Shown here one piece after another: positions 36,960 to 47,475 of a stretch of DNA of 64,000 nt. Source of the DNA: Candidatus Omnitrophota bacterium (GTDB taxonomy: Bacteria > Omnitrophota > Omnitrophia > Omnitrophales > JACROU01); the NCBI GenBank assembly GCA_029261035.1, contig JAJDCD010000023.1:557126-621125 (forward strand), given 5' to 3'. How positions within the stretch are numbered: the first letter of the stretch is position 1; every line of letters begins with the position of its first letter. The notes under the pieces are model-generated. The model did not search any database, had not been told where the DNA came from, and worked only from the letters and a program-made list of their open reading frames with translations. Made by a program: the position numbers and the translations under genes.

Positions 36960-37190
36960 TTAATCTCATGAAAACGGACCGGAAGTATACCAAAATAGGG
37001 CTCTGGGGTCAACTATAGTGACTTTTCACTAGCCTGCGTCCCCGCAGAGCATGGTGGCTGTCACTATGATGAGGCCAATGAGACCAATTGCTTAGTTGGG
37101 TAGATTGGTGACAGTCACCATGGACCGCTGAAAGCGGCCTGATGACAGTCACCAGGATGATGGACGGATTTAAAGCCTTAAGGTATACTC
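36960..37190. promoter_or_regulatory. structured intergenic region with clustered GTGAC/GTCAC palindromes and a 3x direct repeat
   Basis: TAGTGACttttCACTA; two copies of TGACAGTCACCA; three copies of GTCAC(C/T)A(T/G)GAtgatgg-like unit; lies between rpmG (-) and 37224 (+). Confidence 0.4.
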
Positions 37191-37223
37191 TTGTTTCTAA
37201 TACGGATAAGAAAAGGAGAATTT

Positions 37224-37859
37224 ATGAGTACGGATGTTTTGGACCAGCAAGAAGTCTCCCAAAATAGGGAGTTGTTAAGAGAAAAGACCTTAGAACAGGC
37301 CAAAAGCCATAAGGCTTCATGGATCAAACTAGGACAATATTTATACTCGATTTATAAAGATAAGGTTTATAAAGAATGGGGTTATTTGAGCTTTGACGGC
37401 TATTGCGGTAAAGAACTTGGGATTAGGCAGAACACCGCTTCGAAATTGTTGAAATCCTACTATTATTTAGAAAAGAAAGAACCGATGTTGGCTAAAGAGG
37501 ATGAATCTGGAGAGAGATCTCCTTCGGAACTTCCTAATTATGAATCTGTTAACATACTTCGTTTAGCCGCAAACAACAAAAAATTAACAGAGGAAGATGT
37601 TCAGGAGATTAGAGAGAGCGTGATCGAGAGATCTTCAGAGCCTAAAGAAGTGCGAGCTCAAGTTAAAAAAATATTGGAAGTTAGAGATGATCGTGATCCA
37701 ACAGAAATTCGCTCTCAGAGAAGAAATTCTACAATTAAACGATTGTCTTCTATGTTGAATAATGCTGTAAATGAGTTAGGCCAAGATGGCTTAGTTCCTG
37801 AGTATTTGTTAAAGCAAATGAAAGAATTAGTTGAAAAACTAAATGATCAAGTAGAGTAA
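37224..37859 (+). CDS. hypothetical acidic cytoplasmic protein
   Basis: AAAAGGAG RBS before the ATG at 37224 (MSTDVLDQQ...); no recognisable domain. Confidence 0.5.
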   Translation: MSTDVLDQQEVSQNRELLREKTLEQAKSHKASWIKLGQYLYSIYKDKVYKEWGYLSFDGYCGKELGIRQNTASKLLKSYYYLEKKEPMLAKEDESGERSPSELPNYESVNILRLAANNKKLTEEDVQEIRESVIERSSEPKEVRAQVKKILEVRDDRDPTEIRSQRRNSTIKRLSSMLNNAVNELGQDGLVPEYLLKQMKELVEKLNDQVE

Positions 37860-37875
37860 TAAAGGAGAATAAATT

Positions 37876-38118
37876 ATGGAACAAGAATTTTTAGATATTC
37901 TTTGTTGTCCCGAAACAAAACAAAAGTTAAAGTTGGTAGGGGATGATCTTGTAGTATCGATCAATCAAAAAATTGAAAATAAAGAACTAAAATCTCGAGA
38001 TGGTGAAGTTGTGGAAGAGAAGTTAGACGCGGGTTTAATTCGAGAAGATCAAAAATTTATCTATCCCATTAGAAATGAAATTCCTGTCATGCTAATGGAT
38101 CAATCTATTCCGGTATAA
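37876..38118 (+). CDS. Trm112/YcaR-family small protein
   Basis: 80 aa; LDILCCPETKQKL...IPVML pattern of Trm112p-like proteins. Confidence 0.7.
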   Translation: MEQEFLDILCCPETKQKLKLVGDDLVVSINQKIENKELKSRDGEVVEEKLDAGLIREDQKFIYPIRNEIPVMLMDQSIPV

Positions 38119-38128
38119 TTTTAGACAT

Positions 38129-38167
38129 AAAAAAAGCGCCTAGCAGTTGCCAGGCGCTTTTTTCTTT
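38129..38167. terminator. bidirectional terminator
   Basis: aaaaaagcgcctagcagttgccaggcgcttttttc. Confidence 0.7.
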
Positions 38168-38176
38168 TAGTAACTC

Positions 38177-38728
38177 TTACCCTTTTCCTAATGTTTTTTC
38201 GCCTGGCTTCCATCCACACTGAGTAAGCTCGCCTGTTTGGGCTGCTTGAAGTGTTCGTAGTGTTTCTTCTACATTTCTTCCTACAGGAAGGTCGTTAACG
38301 ACTGCAGATTTAACATTGCCATCTGGGTCAATGATAAATGTGCCGCGAAGAGCAATTCCTTTATCATCAATAAGAACGCCATAACTTTTTGAAATAGCGT
38401 GATTGGTATCAGCAAGCATTGGGAATTCTACTTTTCCAAGAGCGCCTTCTTCTGCCCATGCTTTGTGTGAGAAAACACTGTCGGTGCTCACAGAAACAAC
38501 TTCTGCATTTGCGTCACGGAATTGACTAACGCTGTTGCTGAAAGATTGAATTTCTGTTGGGCATACGAAAGTAAAGTCTAATGGATAGAAAAACAAAACG
38601 ACCCATTTTCCTTTATAATCAGAAAGACTGATATCTTTGAAGCTACCATCAGGCAAATAAGCTTGACCTGAGAAGTTAGGAGCAGATGCCCCTACTTTGA
38701 CTTGAGATAATTCACATACTTCACTCAT
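38177..38728 (-). CDS. typical 2-Cys peroxiredoxin (AhpC/Tsa family)
   Basis: FTFVCPTEI peroxidatic Cys motif; C-terminal resolving Cys (TQCGWKPGE). Confidence 0.85.
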   Translation of the reverse strand: MSEVCELSQVKVGASAPNFSGQAYLPDGSFKDISLSDYKGKWVVLFFYPLDFTFVCPTEIQSFSNSVSQFRDANAEVVSVSTDSVFSHKAWAEEGALGKVEFPMLADTNHAISKSYGVLIDDKGIALRGTFIIDPDGNVKSAVVNDLPVGRNVEETLRTLQAAQTGELTQCGWKPGEKTLGKG

Positions 38729-38936
38729 TTTGACTTTCTCCTTCTAGTGCATTAACAGTTAAATTCTATATATTTGACTATGATCGCAAAAATTCTATAA
38801 TTAGTCCAATCTATTATTGATATAGAGAGATCTTTAATTGTAAGCTTACTTATTTTTTACACCTATAATGTGAGTTAAAGCGTAAAATAAGTTTTTTGAT
38901 GTTGTGGTCTAACCCTATTAGAGGCAAAGAAGTATT

Positions 38937-39629
38937 ATGGCTAAGAATACAATTCTTGTTATAGAGGACGAGAAAAACATCCAGGAGCTAGTAAAATACA
39001 ACCTTGAGCAAGAGGGGTATAAAGTTCTGACGGCGGATAAGGGAGATGAAGGATTGGTTTTGGCTATTAAAAAAAAGCCAGATCTTATCGTTTTGGATTT
39101 AATGCTTCCTGAGATGGATGGAACAGAGATTTGTAAGGCGTTAAAAAGAAATAATCTGACAGCACATATGGCTATTATTATGCTGACAGCAAAAAGTGAA
39201 GAGTTGGATAAAGTTTTAGGTTTAGAACTTGGCGCAGATGACTATGTGACCAAGCCGTTTAGTCCTAGAGAACTTGTGGCTCGAGTAAAAGCGGTTCTTA
39301 GAAGAGGGAAGAGTTCATCAAAAGAGAATTTTTTGTGTGTGGGAAATTTGCAAATAGATGATGAGAAACATAAGGTTCTTTTAAAGCAAAAAGAGATTAC
39401 TCTAACTTCAAAAGAGTATGATTTGCTTTTGTGTTTGATGCAAGCAGGTGGCCGTGTTTTAAGTAGGGAGTTTTTGCTTGAAAATGTTTGGGGTTATGAA
39501 CAGTCTGTTAATATTGAAACACGCACAGTTGATATGCATGTTGGGCAGTTAAGAAAAAAATTGAAGTCGGAGTCGGACCGTATTATTACTGTTAAGAATG
39601 TAGGTTATCGTTTTGACACAGAAAGTTAA
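38937..39629 (+). CDS. OmpR/PhoB-family response regulator
   Basis: receiver domain (D54 region LDLMLP) plus winged-helix C-terminus; sits upstream of the pst cluster. Confidence 0.8.
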   Translation: MAKNTILVIEDEKNIQELVKYNLEQEGYKVLTADKGDEGLVLAIKKKPDLIVLDLMLPEMDGTEICKALKRNNLTAHMAIIMLTAKSEELDKVLGLELGADDYVTKPFSPRELVARVKAVLRRGKSSSKENFLCVGNLQIDDEKHKVLLKQKEITLTSKEYDLLLCLMQAGGRVLSREFLLENVWGYEQSVNIETRTVDMHVGQLRKKLKSESDRIITVKNVGYRFDTES

Positions 39630-39631
39630 TT

Positions 39632-41401
39632 ATGAGCTTCTTTAGCTTTAATCGATTTGGAAATCGGCTAACCTTCCTTTTTTCACTTATCTTTATATTG
39701 TTGCTTTTAGGAATTAGTTTCTTTGTTTCTCGTGTTATTGAAACAAAGATGTTATCTCAAGTGGAAGCTTCTTTATTAGCAAAAGCAAAGTTGGTGGAAA
39801 ATCAAATTCCAACCTCAGACACTCCTTCCGAAGGGGTTCAGGACAAAGTGAAACATATTGCTACCCAAACTCAGTCTCGAATCACAGTGATTGATATTAG
39901 TGGAAAGGTGATTGCGGACTCTATGAGAGATTTATCTCAAGTTAAAGAAATGGATAATCATCGGTGGAGGCCTGAAGTGCGGTCTGCTATAGAAGGGCGG
40001 GTAGGTTCGAGCATTCGATTTAGTCAAACATTACAAATGAAAATGTTTTATGTGGCTGTCCCTATGTTTAAAGGGGGAGATGTGGAACGCGTATTGCGTA
40101 TTACTCTGGGGTTAGACAAATTAAATGAGATTTTGTCTTCTGTAAGAAAGCCTATTTTGATTGGACTTATTTTTGGAGTGTTTGTGGTTCTTGTCATGGG
40201 GTTTACTGTTGGAGCATCTATTAGAAAGCGAGTTGAAGAGATGACATTGGCGGCAACCCGTTATGCCAAAGGGGATTTAAGTCAGAAGATCATGGTTCAA
40301 GGAAGTGATGAGCTTAATGTGTTGGCGGATACCATGAATAAAATGGCTCATATTTTAACAAAACGAATTTCTGAAATAGAAAATGAACGCTCTAAACTAT
40401 CCGCGATTTTGGATAATATGACCGAAGGGGTTATTGCTGTTAATTCTCAAAGAAGACTTGTCTTGATGAATCAGAGTGCAAAAAATATATTCGGTATATC
40501 TCAGTCGGACATTTTGGCTAAGCCGTTGCTCGAGATTGTTAAGAATCAACTCATTGATCAGATTGTTGAAAAATCTATTGCTCAATCAAAAACGATTAGC
40601 AAAGAGATTGAAATGAACTATCCCGAAAACAAAATCTTAAAGGCAAATGCAGTAGGTATGCAAGAAGTGGGCAGAGAGGTTAGTAGCATCTTAGTTATTT
40701 ATGATGTGACAGAGCTCCGCCGCCTTGAGATGGTTCGAAGTGAGTTTGTGGCTAATGTATCTCATGAATTAAAAACTCCGTTAACTTCGATCAAAGGTTT
40801 TATAGAAACTCTTTTAGGAGGAGCGTTAGAAGACAAAGAACAGAGTCGAAAATTTTTACAAATGATGGACGAAGATACAAAGCGATTAGCTCGATTGATT
40901 GACGATATTTTAAAATTATCTAATATTGAGTCAAAAGAAGATGATTTAAATTTAAAGCATCTCAATTTAAAACAATTGGTTTCCAGCGTTGTTGAAATTT
41001 TGGAACCTCAGTCCAAAGAAAAAAAGATTTCAATTCGAAACCAAATCCCAGATATTCAAGTTCAGGCCGACGAAGATAAATTGAGACAGGTTTTTTTGAA
41101 TTTGATTGATAATGCAATTAAGTTTAATTCCGAAGGAGGTTTTGTTACTTTGGATATAAATGAAATACCAGGTTATTATGAAATTTCCATTACAGATACG
41201 GGGTTGGGGATTCCTTCTGAAGCAACCTCGAGGGTGTTTGAACGGTTCTTTCGAGTTGATAAAGCTCGCTCTCGTGAAATGGGAGGTACCGGCTTGGGAC
41301 TTTCTATAGTCAAACATATTGTCGAGAACCATGGAGGGTCTGTCTCTTGTAATTCCTCTATAGGAGAGGGTGCGACCTTTTATTTCACCTTACCTAAATA
41401 A
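39632..41401 (+). CDS. sensor histidine kinase (PhoR-like; TM, HAMP, PAS, HisKA, HATPase)
   Basis: H-box SHELKTPLTSI; N, G1 (DTGLGIP) and G2 (GGTGLGLSIV) boxes. Confidence 0.8.
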   Translation: MSFFSFNRFGNRLTFLFSLIFILLLLGISFFVSRVIETKMLSQVEASLLAKAKLVENQIPTSDTPSEGVQDKVKHIATQTQSRITVIDISGKVIADSMRDLSQVKEMDNHRWRPEVRSAIEGRVGSSIRFSQTLQMKMFYVAVPMFKGGDVERVLRITLGLDKLNEILSSVRKPILIGLIFGVFVVLVMGFTVGASIRKRVEEMTLAATRYAKGDLSQKIMVQGSDELNVLADTMNKMAHILTKRISEIENERSKLSAILDNMTEGVIAVNSQRRLVLMNQSAKNIFGISQSDILAKPLLEIVKNQLIDQIVEKSIAQSKTISKEIEMNYPENKILKANAVGMQEVGREVSSILVIYDVTELRRLEMVRSEFVANVSHELKTPLTSIKGFIETLLGGALEDKEQSRKFLQMMDEDTKRLARLIDDILKLSNIESKEDDLNLKHLNLKQLVSSVVEILEPQSKEKKISIRNQIPDIQVQADEDKLRQVFLNLIDNAIKFNSEGGFVTLDINEIPGYYEISITDTGLGIPSEATSRVFERFFRVDKARSREMGGTGLGLSIVKHIVENHGGSVSCNSSIGEGATFYFTLPK

Positions 41402-41530
41402 AACCCTTCTTTTACCACTTTACATACAATTTACTTTACCCTCAATTAGTTCAAACATACTCCTAATATACTTTTACTCATCAACAAAACTTTATATCAA
41501 TTCCAAGTAACGAACGAAGGGAAATTAAAC

Positions 41531-42934
41531 ATGAAAATGAAACTGTTTATAGCAGGAATGCTCGTTTTTGTATTCGGAACTTCTTCAACTGTTTTTGCAG
41601 GCGGAGCTGAGCCAGCTGGCTTTGAAGCAATGCAAAAGCAATTACAAGAGTTGAAATCTATTATCGAATTACAAAACAAAAAAATTGGCCAGTTAGAAAA
41701 AAAACAGAATGCCATACGTATTAACGGAGCGGGAGGTATTGAAGCCGTCGGGATCTCTGACGAAGAATTTAAAGAAAAGTTCGACCAAAACTTAAAGGGA
41801 AAAATCGGCAAGTCAGATAAATGGCTTAAAGATTTAAACTTTAAAGCAGATTACCGTTTGCGTTATGAAGCTTTTGACTTTACTAGCGGATCTCCAGCAG
41901 AGTCGAATGCACGTAATCGTTTTCGTATGCGTTTACGTTATGGTTGGGAGAAAAAGTTTAGCCCAGATATGAAAGTGGGCTTTTTTCTTTCTTCTGGAGG
42001 AACGACAGATCCAACTTCTACCAACGCCACTTTAGATACGAACTTCACTTTTAAATCTACTGTGATCGAGCGCGCCTATGTACTTTATACGCCAGGTTGG
42101 GCGGAAAAAGGTGTGATTGATAAGTTAACCATTGGAGCTGGTAAATTTAAAAACCCATTCGAAAAAGGCTCTTCAAAAATGATTTGGGACCGAGATGTTC
42201 GTCCAGAAGGTGCCTATCAAAAATTTGATTTTGATTTCTACGATGGAGATAACGTGGATCTAGGTGGTTGGTTAACCTTTGGTCAATTTGTGCTGGACGA
42301 AGATGGTTCGTCTCAAGGTGATGCAGAGCTGTATGCATTTCAGGCAGGTGTGAATACCGTTTTTTATACACCTTTCTTTGAGCGTCCTGCAGATTTAAAC
42401 CTTTCAACATCTTGGTATAACTACAACGATTATGCCGAAGCTGGTAATTTTGGTACGTTAGCTCGAGGGAACCCTAATATCGATGGTGTAGCGGCTTCTT
42501 TAGATGCGAATGACTTTTCAGTGATTGAAGGTTATGCAGACTTAACCGTTTATCCTTATGGAAAACCTCTTAAGTTCTATTTTGATTTTGCTCATAACCT
42601 TGTGGAAAATGCACCTGACTCATCTGCTGGAGGACAAAACATTGCTTGGGCTTTAGGAGCTAAGCTGGGTAAGGCAGCGAAAAAAGGAGACTGGCAGGTT
42701 GGAGCCGATTACCGCTACATTGAGGCAAATTCTGTTGTTGGAGCATTTAATGACAGTGACTTTGGTTTAGGGCATGCAGATAAACGTGGTAGCTCGATCT
42801 TTGCTAAGTATAAATTAACGGATGACCTTACTTTAGCGGGGACTGCATTTTTTGTAAACAACATTACAGCTGGAACTTTATTAAGAGATGAAGAACAGCG
42901 AAGATTTCAATTAGACCTTGTTTGGAAATTCTAA
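41531..42934 (+). CDS. phosphate-selective porin O/P-family outer-membrane protein, putative
   Basis: signal peptide; N-terminal coiled coil; barrel ending ...LDLVWKF; position between phoBR-like genes and pstS. Confidence 0.5.
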   Translation: MKMKLFIAGMLVFVFGTSSTVFAGGAEPAGFEAMQKQLQELKSIIELQNKKIGQLEKKQNAIRINGAGGIEAVGISDEEFKEKFDQNLKGKIGKSDKWLKDLNFKADYRLRYEAFDFTSGSPAESNARNRFRMRLRYGWEKKFSPDMKVGFFLSSGGTTDPTSTNATLDTNFTFKSTVIERAYVLYTPGWAEKGVIDKLTIGAGKFKNPFEKGSSKMIWDRDVRPEGAYQKFDFDFYDGDNVDLGGWLTFGQFVLDEDGSSQGDAELYAFQAGVNTVFYTPFFERPADLNLSTSWYNYNDYAEAGNFGTLARGNPNIDGVAASLDANDFSVIEGYADLTVYPYGKPLKFYFDFAHNLVENAPDSSAGGQNIAWALGAKLGKAAKKGDWQVGADYRYIEANSVVGAFNDSDFGLGHADKRGSSIFAKYKLTDDLTLAGTAFFVNNITAGTLLRDEEQRRFQLDLVWKF

Positions 42935-42966
42935 TTTTTTAAATAACTAGTGAAAAGGAGATAGAT

Positions 42967-43827
42967 ATGAAATTAAAAATAATAGCGGTTTTAGCTTTGG
43001 TGGTGATGATAGCTTCACCCTCCGCTTTTGCAGAAAGAAATATTACAGTGAAGGGTTCGGACACCCTGGTGGTTCTTGGACAACGTTGGGCTGAAGAATA
43101 TATGAAGCAAAACCCAGAAGTAAGCATTCAAGTTACTGGCGGTGGTTCTGGGACAGGTATTGCCGCATTAATTAATGGGACAACAGATGTTGCTAATGCA
43201 AGTCGTGGGATTAAGGGGAAGGAAATTACTAAAGCTAAAAAAAATGGTTACTATCCGGAAGAATTTAAAGTAGCGATGGATAGTCTTGCGGTTGTTCTTC
43301 ATAAAGATAATCCGATTGATTCTCTTTCTATGAAAGAGTTAATGGGGATTTATACTGGAAGAATTAATAATTGGAAAGAAGTGGGCGGGGAAGATAAGCC
43401 TATTTTAAGATATTGTCGTGAAGCAAACAGCGGAACCTATGTTTTCTTTAATGAAACCGTATTGAAGAAACAAGACTATGCTGCTGATTGTCAGACGGTT
43501 CCAGGAACAAGTGCTGTTGCGAATGCAGTGTCTAAAGACACTGCTGGAATTGGTTATGGTGGGGTGGCTTATTTCTTGACTCAGTCAAACACGAAAGTTG
43601 TTGCTGTTAGTAAAACGCAGGAAACGGAAGCGGTGAGCCCTGTAAAATCTAATGGTAAAGTGGACTATGAAGCGGCTACTTCTGGGAAATATCCCATTGC
43701 GCGCTATTTGTTCATGTATACGGCGTTGAAACCTAAAGGGGAAATTAATGAGTATCTCCAGTGGATTTTAAGTCCTGATGGACAAAAAATTGTTGAGATG
43801 GTTGGGTATGTTCCTTTAACTTCTTAA
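42967..43827 (+). CDS. pstS: phosphate ABC transporter substrate-binding protein
   Basis: signal peptide; VTGGGSGTGIAAL and PBP type-2 fold motifs. Confidence 0.75.
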   Translation: MKLKIIAVLALVVMIASPSAFAERNITVKGSDTLVVLGQRWAEEYMKQNPEVSIQVTGGGSGTGIAALINGTTDVANASRGIKGKEITKAKKNGYYPEEFKVAMDSLAVVLHKDNPIDSLSMKELMGIYTGRINNWKEVGGEDKPILRYCREANSGTYVFFNETVLKKQDYAADCQTVPGTSAVANAVSKDTAGIGYGGVAYFLTQSNTKVVAVSKTQETEAVSPVKSNGKVDYEAATSGKYPIARYLFMYTALKPKGEINEYLQWILSPDGQKIVEMVGYVPLTS

Positions 43828-43892
43828 TGAAGCTGAAGGAATAATTTTTGTTATCAATTTTTTAAGAAGTGTTTAAGTTGTTAAAATGTGTA

Positions 43893-43930
43893 AAAAGTGG
43901 TGGCCATTAATTTGACCACCACTTTGTTTG
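43893..43930 (+). terminator. hairpin/attenuator between pstS and pstC
   Basis: aaaagtggtgg-ccattaatttga-ccaccacttt then gtttg. Confidence 0.55.
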
Positions 43931-43945
43931 CATTAAAAAGGTAAT

Positions 43946-44887
43946 ATGAAAGATCTCGTCAAAAAAAAGCATTTATTCAATTCTGAGTGGTTCATCGAAA
44001 AGACACTTTTATTTGCAGGAGTGTCTTCTGTTCTAATTATTGCTCTCATTTTCGTTTTTCTTTTCAAAGAAGCTATTCTATTTTTCCAAACAAGACCTCC
44101 TTTTGACCTTATTGGTATTACTGTATTCGATTCATGGGAAGAGAAAAATATTTTTAAAATGATGTGGCAAGCGGTGAATGAAACACCTAAATACTCTTTG
44201 ATTCCTTTAGTGTGCGGTAGTTTTTTAGTGGCGTTTCCAGCAACGGTTATGGCATCTGTTTTTGGTATTGGAGCAGCTATTTATCTTTCTGAGATTGCTC
44301 CAAATAAAGTTAGGGAAACGTTGAAACCATCTCTTGAGCTCCTTGCGAGCATTCCTTCTGTTGTAGTTGGTTTTTTTATGTTGGCTGTGATTGCTACGAT
44401 TGTTCAGAATATTACAGGTTCCAAGTTTAGGCTCAACGCATTTGTCGGTGCTCTAGGTGTTGCTTTGGTGACATTTCCTATTATTGTGAGTATTTCAGAG
44501 GATGCTTTGCGTGCAGTTCCCAAAGAGCTTAGAGATGCATCGTATGCATTGGGAGCGTCTAAGTGGCAAACGATTTGGAATACGGTTCTTCCCGCGGGGG
44601 TTTCAGGAATTTCTGCTGCAGTTATCTTAGGCTTCGGAAGAGCTTTAGGGGAGACGATGATTGTTGTTATGGCTACAGGAAATGCAGCGTTAGTTACTGG
44701 AGATATATTTTCAAGTGTACGAACGATGACAGCAACGATTGCAGCAGAACTGGGTGCGGTAGCTCAAGGAAGCGAACACTATTATGCTCTTTTCTTAGTA
44801 GGTGCTGTTTTGTTTACGATTACCTTTATATTAAATTTATGTTCAGAAATTGTCATTAATCGTATGCGTCAGAATTTACGAATGTAA
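43946..44887 (+). CDS. pstC: phosphate ABC transporter permease
   Basis: 6 TM; EAA-like loop; operon order. Confidence 0.8.
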   Translation: MKDLVKKKHLFNSEWFIEKTLLFAGVSSVLIIALIFVFLFKEAILFFQTRPPFDLIGITVFDSWEEKNIFKMMWQAVNETPKYSLIPLVCGSFLVAFPATVMASVFGIGAAIYLSEIAPNKVRETLKPSLELLASIPSVVVGFFMLAVIATIVQNITGSKFRLNAFVGALGVALVTFPIIVSISEDALRAVPKELRDASYALGASKWQTIWNTVLPAGVSGISAAVILGFGRALGETMIVVMATGNAALVTGDIFSSVRTMTATIAAELGAVAQGSEHYYALFLVGAVLFTITFILNLCSEIVINRMRQNLRM

Positions 44888-44900
44888 AAGAGAAAATAAC

Positions 44901-45875
44901 ATGAAAACACCATTAGTTAAGCCAAACAAAGATTTATACCATAACCAGATGGATAAAAATAAAATCACAGAAGCTTTCTGGATTTTTTTAACTCGTGTTT
45001 TTACTCTATTTCCTTTGGTTTGTCTTTTTGCGTTGTTAGCTAAAATTGTATTAGAAGGCTACGGAATTATTTCTTGGGAATTTTTATTTCAACCTCCTAA
45101 AGATGGTATGGAAGCGGGTGGAATTTTACCTTGTATTTTTGGAACAATTGCAATTACGTTGTTTATGATTTTGATGGCGCTACCCCTGGGTGTTGGAGCT
45201 GCTATTTATTTGGTTGAGTATGGGGGTGATAATAAGTTGGTGCGTATTATTCGGGCTGCAGTCAATAATTTAGCAGGTGTTCCTTCAATTGTATTTGGAC
45301 TCTTTGGGCTAGGTTTTTTTATTTTATTTGTGGGGCGTAATTTAGATGCTGTTTTAAATACAGGACTTTTATTTGGACAACCTTGTTTATTATGGGCTTC
45401 GGCAACACTTGCAGTTCTTGTGCTTCCGGTGATTATTGTTTCCACAGAAGAAGCGTTGAACTCGGTTCCTCAGAGTCATCGAGATGCTGCGCTGGCTTTG
45501 GGTGCTACAAAGTGGCAAACAATTTGGACTGTGGTACTTCCTCAAGCTAGAGGAGGGATTTTAACGGGGGCTATTCTTTCTATTAGTCGTGGAGCAGGCG
45601 ATACGGCACCGATTTTATTTACAGGGTGTGCTTACTTTTTACCCCACTTGCCTGTAACGGAATTGTTTGGTTTTATTCCTATGGTTAATCCGTTTGATCA
45701 ATTTATGGCGTTAACGTATCATATTTTTATTATGGCGACTCAATCAATTAATGTGGAAAGAACACTTCCAATTCAATATGGAACGACACTGGTGTTAATT
45801 GCTTTGACTTTTTTGCTTAACTTCTTTGCTATTATGCTTCGAATTCACTTTAGAAAAAAGTTGAGGGTAAACTAA
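44901..45875 (+). CDS. pstA: phosphate ABC transporter permease
   Basis: start moved to the ATG at 44901 (MKTPLVKPN...) after the pstC stop; ORF-track start 44850 overlaps pstC. Confidence 0.8.
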   Translation: MKTPLVKPNKDLYHNQMDKNKITEAFWIFLTRVFTLFPLVCLFALLAKIVLEGYGIISWEFLFQPPKDGMEAGGILPCIFGTIAITLFMILMALPLGVGAAIYLVEYGGDNKLVRIIRAAVNNLAGVPSIVFGLFGLGFFILFVGRNLDAVLNTGLLFGQPCLLWASATLAVLVLPVIIVSTEEALNSVPQSHRDAALALGATKWQTIWTVVLPQARGGILTGAILSISRGAGDTAPILFTGCAYFLPHLPVTELFGFIPMVNPFDQFMALTYHIFIMATQSINVERTLPIQYGTTLVLIALTFLLNFFAIMLRIHFRKKLRVN

Positions 45876-45887
45876 TCCAAGGAGACA

Positions 45888-46724
45888 ATGAATATTATGT
45901 CAAACGAGTTAGGGACTATAGACAAAAATCAAATGAGTGTACATTCTGATATGCAAACAAATTTGGAAAATCAGATTAAAATACAAGCCAAAGATTTAAA
46001 TTTGTTTTATGGCGATAATCATGCGCTAAAAAATATTCATATGAATATTCGAGAAAAAGCAGCTACGGCTTTGATTGGACCTTCAGGTTGTGGAAAATCT
46101 ACTTTCTTAAGAACTTTAAACCGCATGAATGATACGATTCCAGGCGTCCGAAGGACAGGTGAGATTAATTTAGATGGGGTTAATATTTATGACTCTAAAA
46201 TTGATGTTGTGGCTTTAAGACGTGTTATAGGGATGGTCTTTCAGAAATCAAACCCATTTCCAAAAAGCATTTATGAAAATGTGGCCTATGGATTGCGCTT
46301 AATTGGAATGAAAAACAAAACAGAATTAGATGAGATTGTTGAGCATAGTTTGAAGCAATCAGCTCTTTGGAAAGAAATTAAAGATCGTCTCCATGAATCA
46401 GCCCTTCAACTTTCTGGAGGTCAACAACAGCGTCTTTGTATTGCCAGAGCTCTAGCCGTGAGTCCTGAAGTTATTTTGATGGACGAACCCGCATCTGCTT
46501 TGGATCCGATCTCGACAGCAAAAATTGAAGAATTGATTCATCAACTTAAAGAAAATTATACGATTGTTATTGTCACACACAATATGCAGCAAGCGGCACG
46601 CGTGAGTGATTACACAGCCTATTTTTATATGGGTGATATGGTAGAGTTTGACGATACAAAGAAAATTTTTACGAATCCAGAAAAAAAAGAAACAGAAGAT
46701 TATATAACCGGAAGATTTGGGTGA
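45888..46724 (+). CDS. pstB: phosphate ABC transporter ATP-binding protein
   Basis: Walker [10 protein letters not shown], signature LSGGQQQR, Walker B ILMDEP. Confidence 0.85.
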   Translation: MNIMSNELGTIDKNQMSVHSDMQTNLENQIKIQAKDLNLFYGDNHALKNIHMNIREKAATALIGPSGCGKSTFLRTLNRMNDTIPGVRRTGEINLDGVNIYDSKIDVVALRRVIGMVFQKSNPFPKSIYENVAYGLRLIGMKNKTELDEIVEHSLKQSALWKEIKDRLHESALQLSGGQQQRLCIARALAVSPEVILMDEPASALDPISTAKIEELIHQLKENYTIVIVTHNMQQAARVSDYTAYFYMGDMVEFDDTKKIFTNPEKKETEDYITGRFG

Positions 46725-46774
46725 TTCATTTTCAGTTTTTGTAATAACGGAATATTTATAAAAGAGGATAAATT

Positions 46775-47443
46775 ATGGCCAGACATTTTCATGAAGAACT
46801 TAAAGATTTAAAACAGAGTTTGCTTAAAATGGGTTTGATGGTTGAAGAGGCTATTGAGAATGCAATCGATGCTTTTTTAAACCAAGATAGCGAGATTGCA
46901 AGAAGAGTAATTAAAGGAGATGCTGTCATTAATCATCAAGAAATAGAGATAGATGATAACGGGCATGCTCTTTTGGCTTTGGGACAACCCATGGCTGTAG
47001 ACTTAAGAATGATCACAGGTATTTTAAAGATCAATAGCGATTTAGAACGCATGGGTGACCACGCTGTTAATATTGCTCAGCATACGCTTTATTTGTTGGA
47101 GAGTGAGCCTCTTAAAGAAGAAGGGGTTATGGTGTCCATGGCAGAAGCTGTAAAAAAAATGCTTAAAGATACGTTAGAGGCCTTTATTAATGCGGATGTT
47201 GAGTTGGCCCGTGCTGTATTAAAGCAGGATGATGAGGTGGATAGTTTAAATAGTGATCTTTATTTTAAGTTGTTGAAGGTGATGGAAGGTGAGTCAAAGC
47301 TAGTTAAGCCAGGTATTAATTTAATTTCTTTAGGACATGACTTGGAACGAATCGCTGATTTATGCAATAATATCGCTGAAGATATTGTGTACATGAAATT
47401 GGGTACAGAAATAAGGCATCCTGCTGACACCCAAACCAAATAA
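46775..47443 (+). CDS. phoU: phosphate uptake regulator PhoU
   Basis: two PhoU repeats (E/DxxxD motifs, helical). Confidence 0.8.
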   Translation: MARHFHEELKDLKQSLLKMGLMVEEAIENAIDAFLNQDSEIARRVIKGDAVINHQEIEIDDNGHALLALGQPMAVDLRMITGILKINSDLERMGDHAVNIAQHTLYLLESEPLKEEGVMVSMAEAVKKMLKDTLEAFINADVELARAVLKQDDEVDSLNSDLYFKLLKVMEGESKLVKPGINLISLGHDLERIADLCNNIAEDIVYMKLGTEIRHPADTQTK

Positions 47444-47475
47444 CTATAGAAATTAATAAGAGAGGGAAGAAAGAT

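Noticed and set aside
37060-37110. D-loop-like string gcttagttgggtagattgg
   Set aside because: It resembles a tRNA D-arm but lacks the matching agagc closure and any cloverleaf context. It is treated as part of the palindrome-rich regulatory region.
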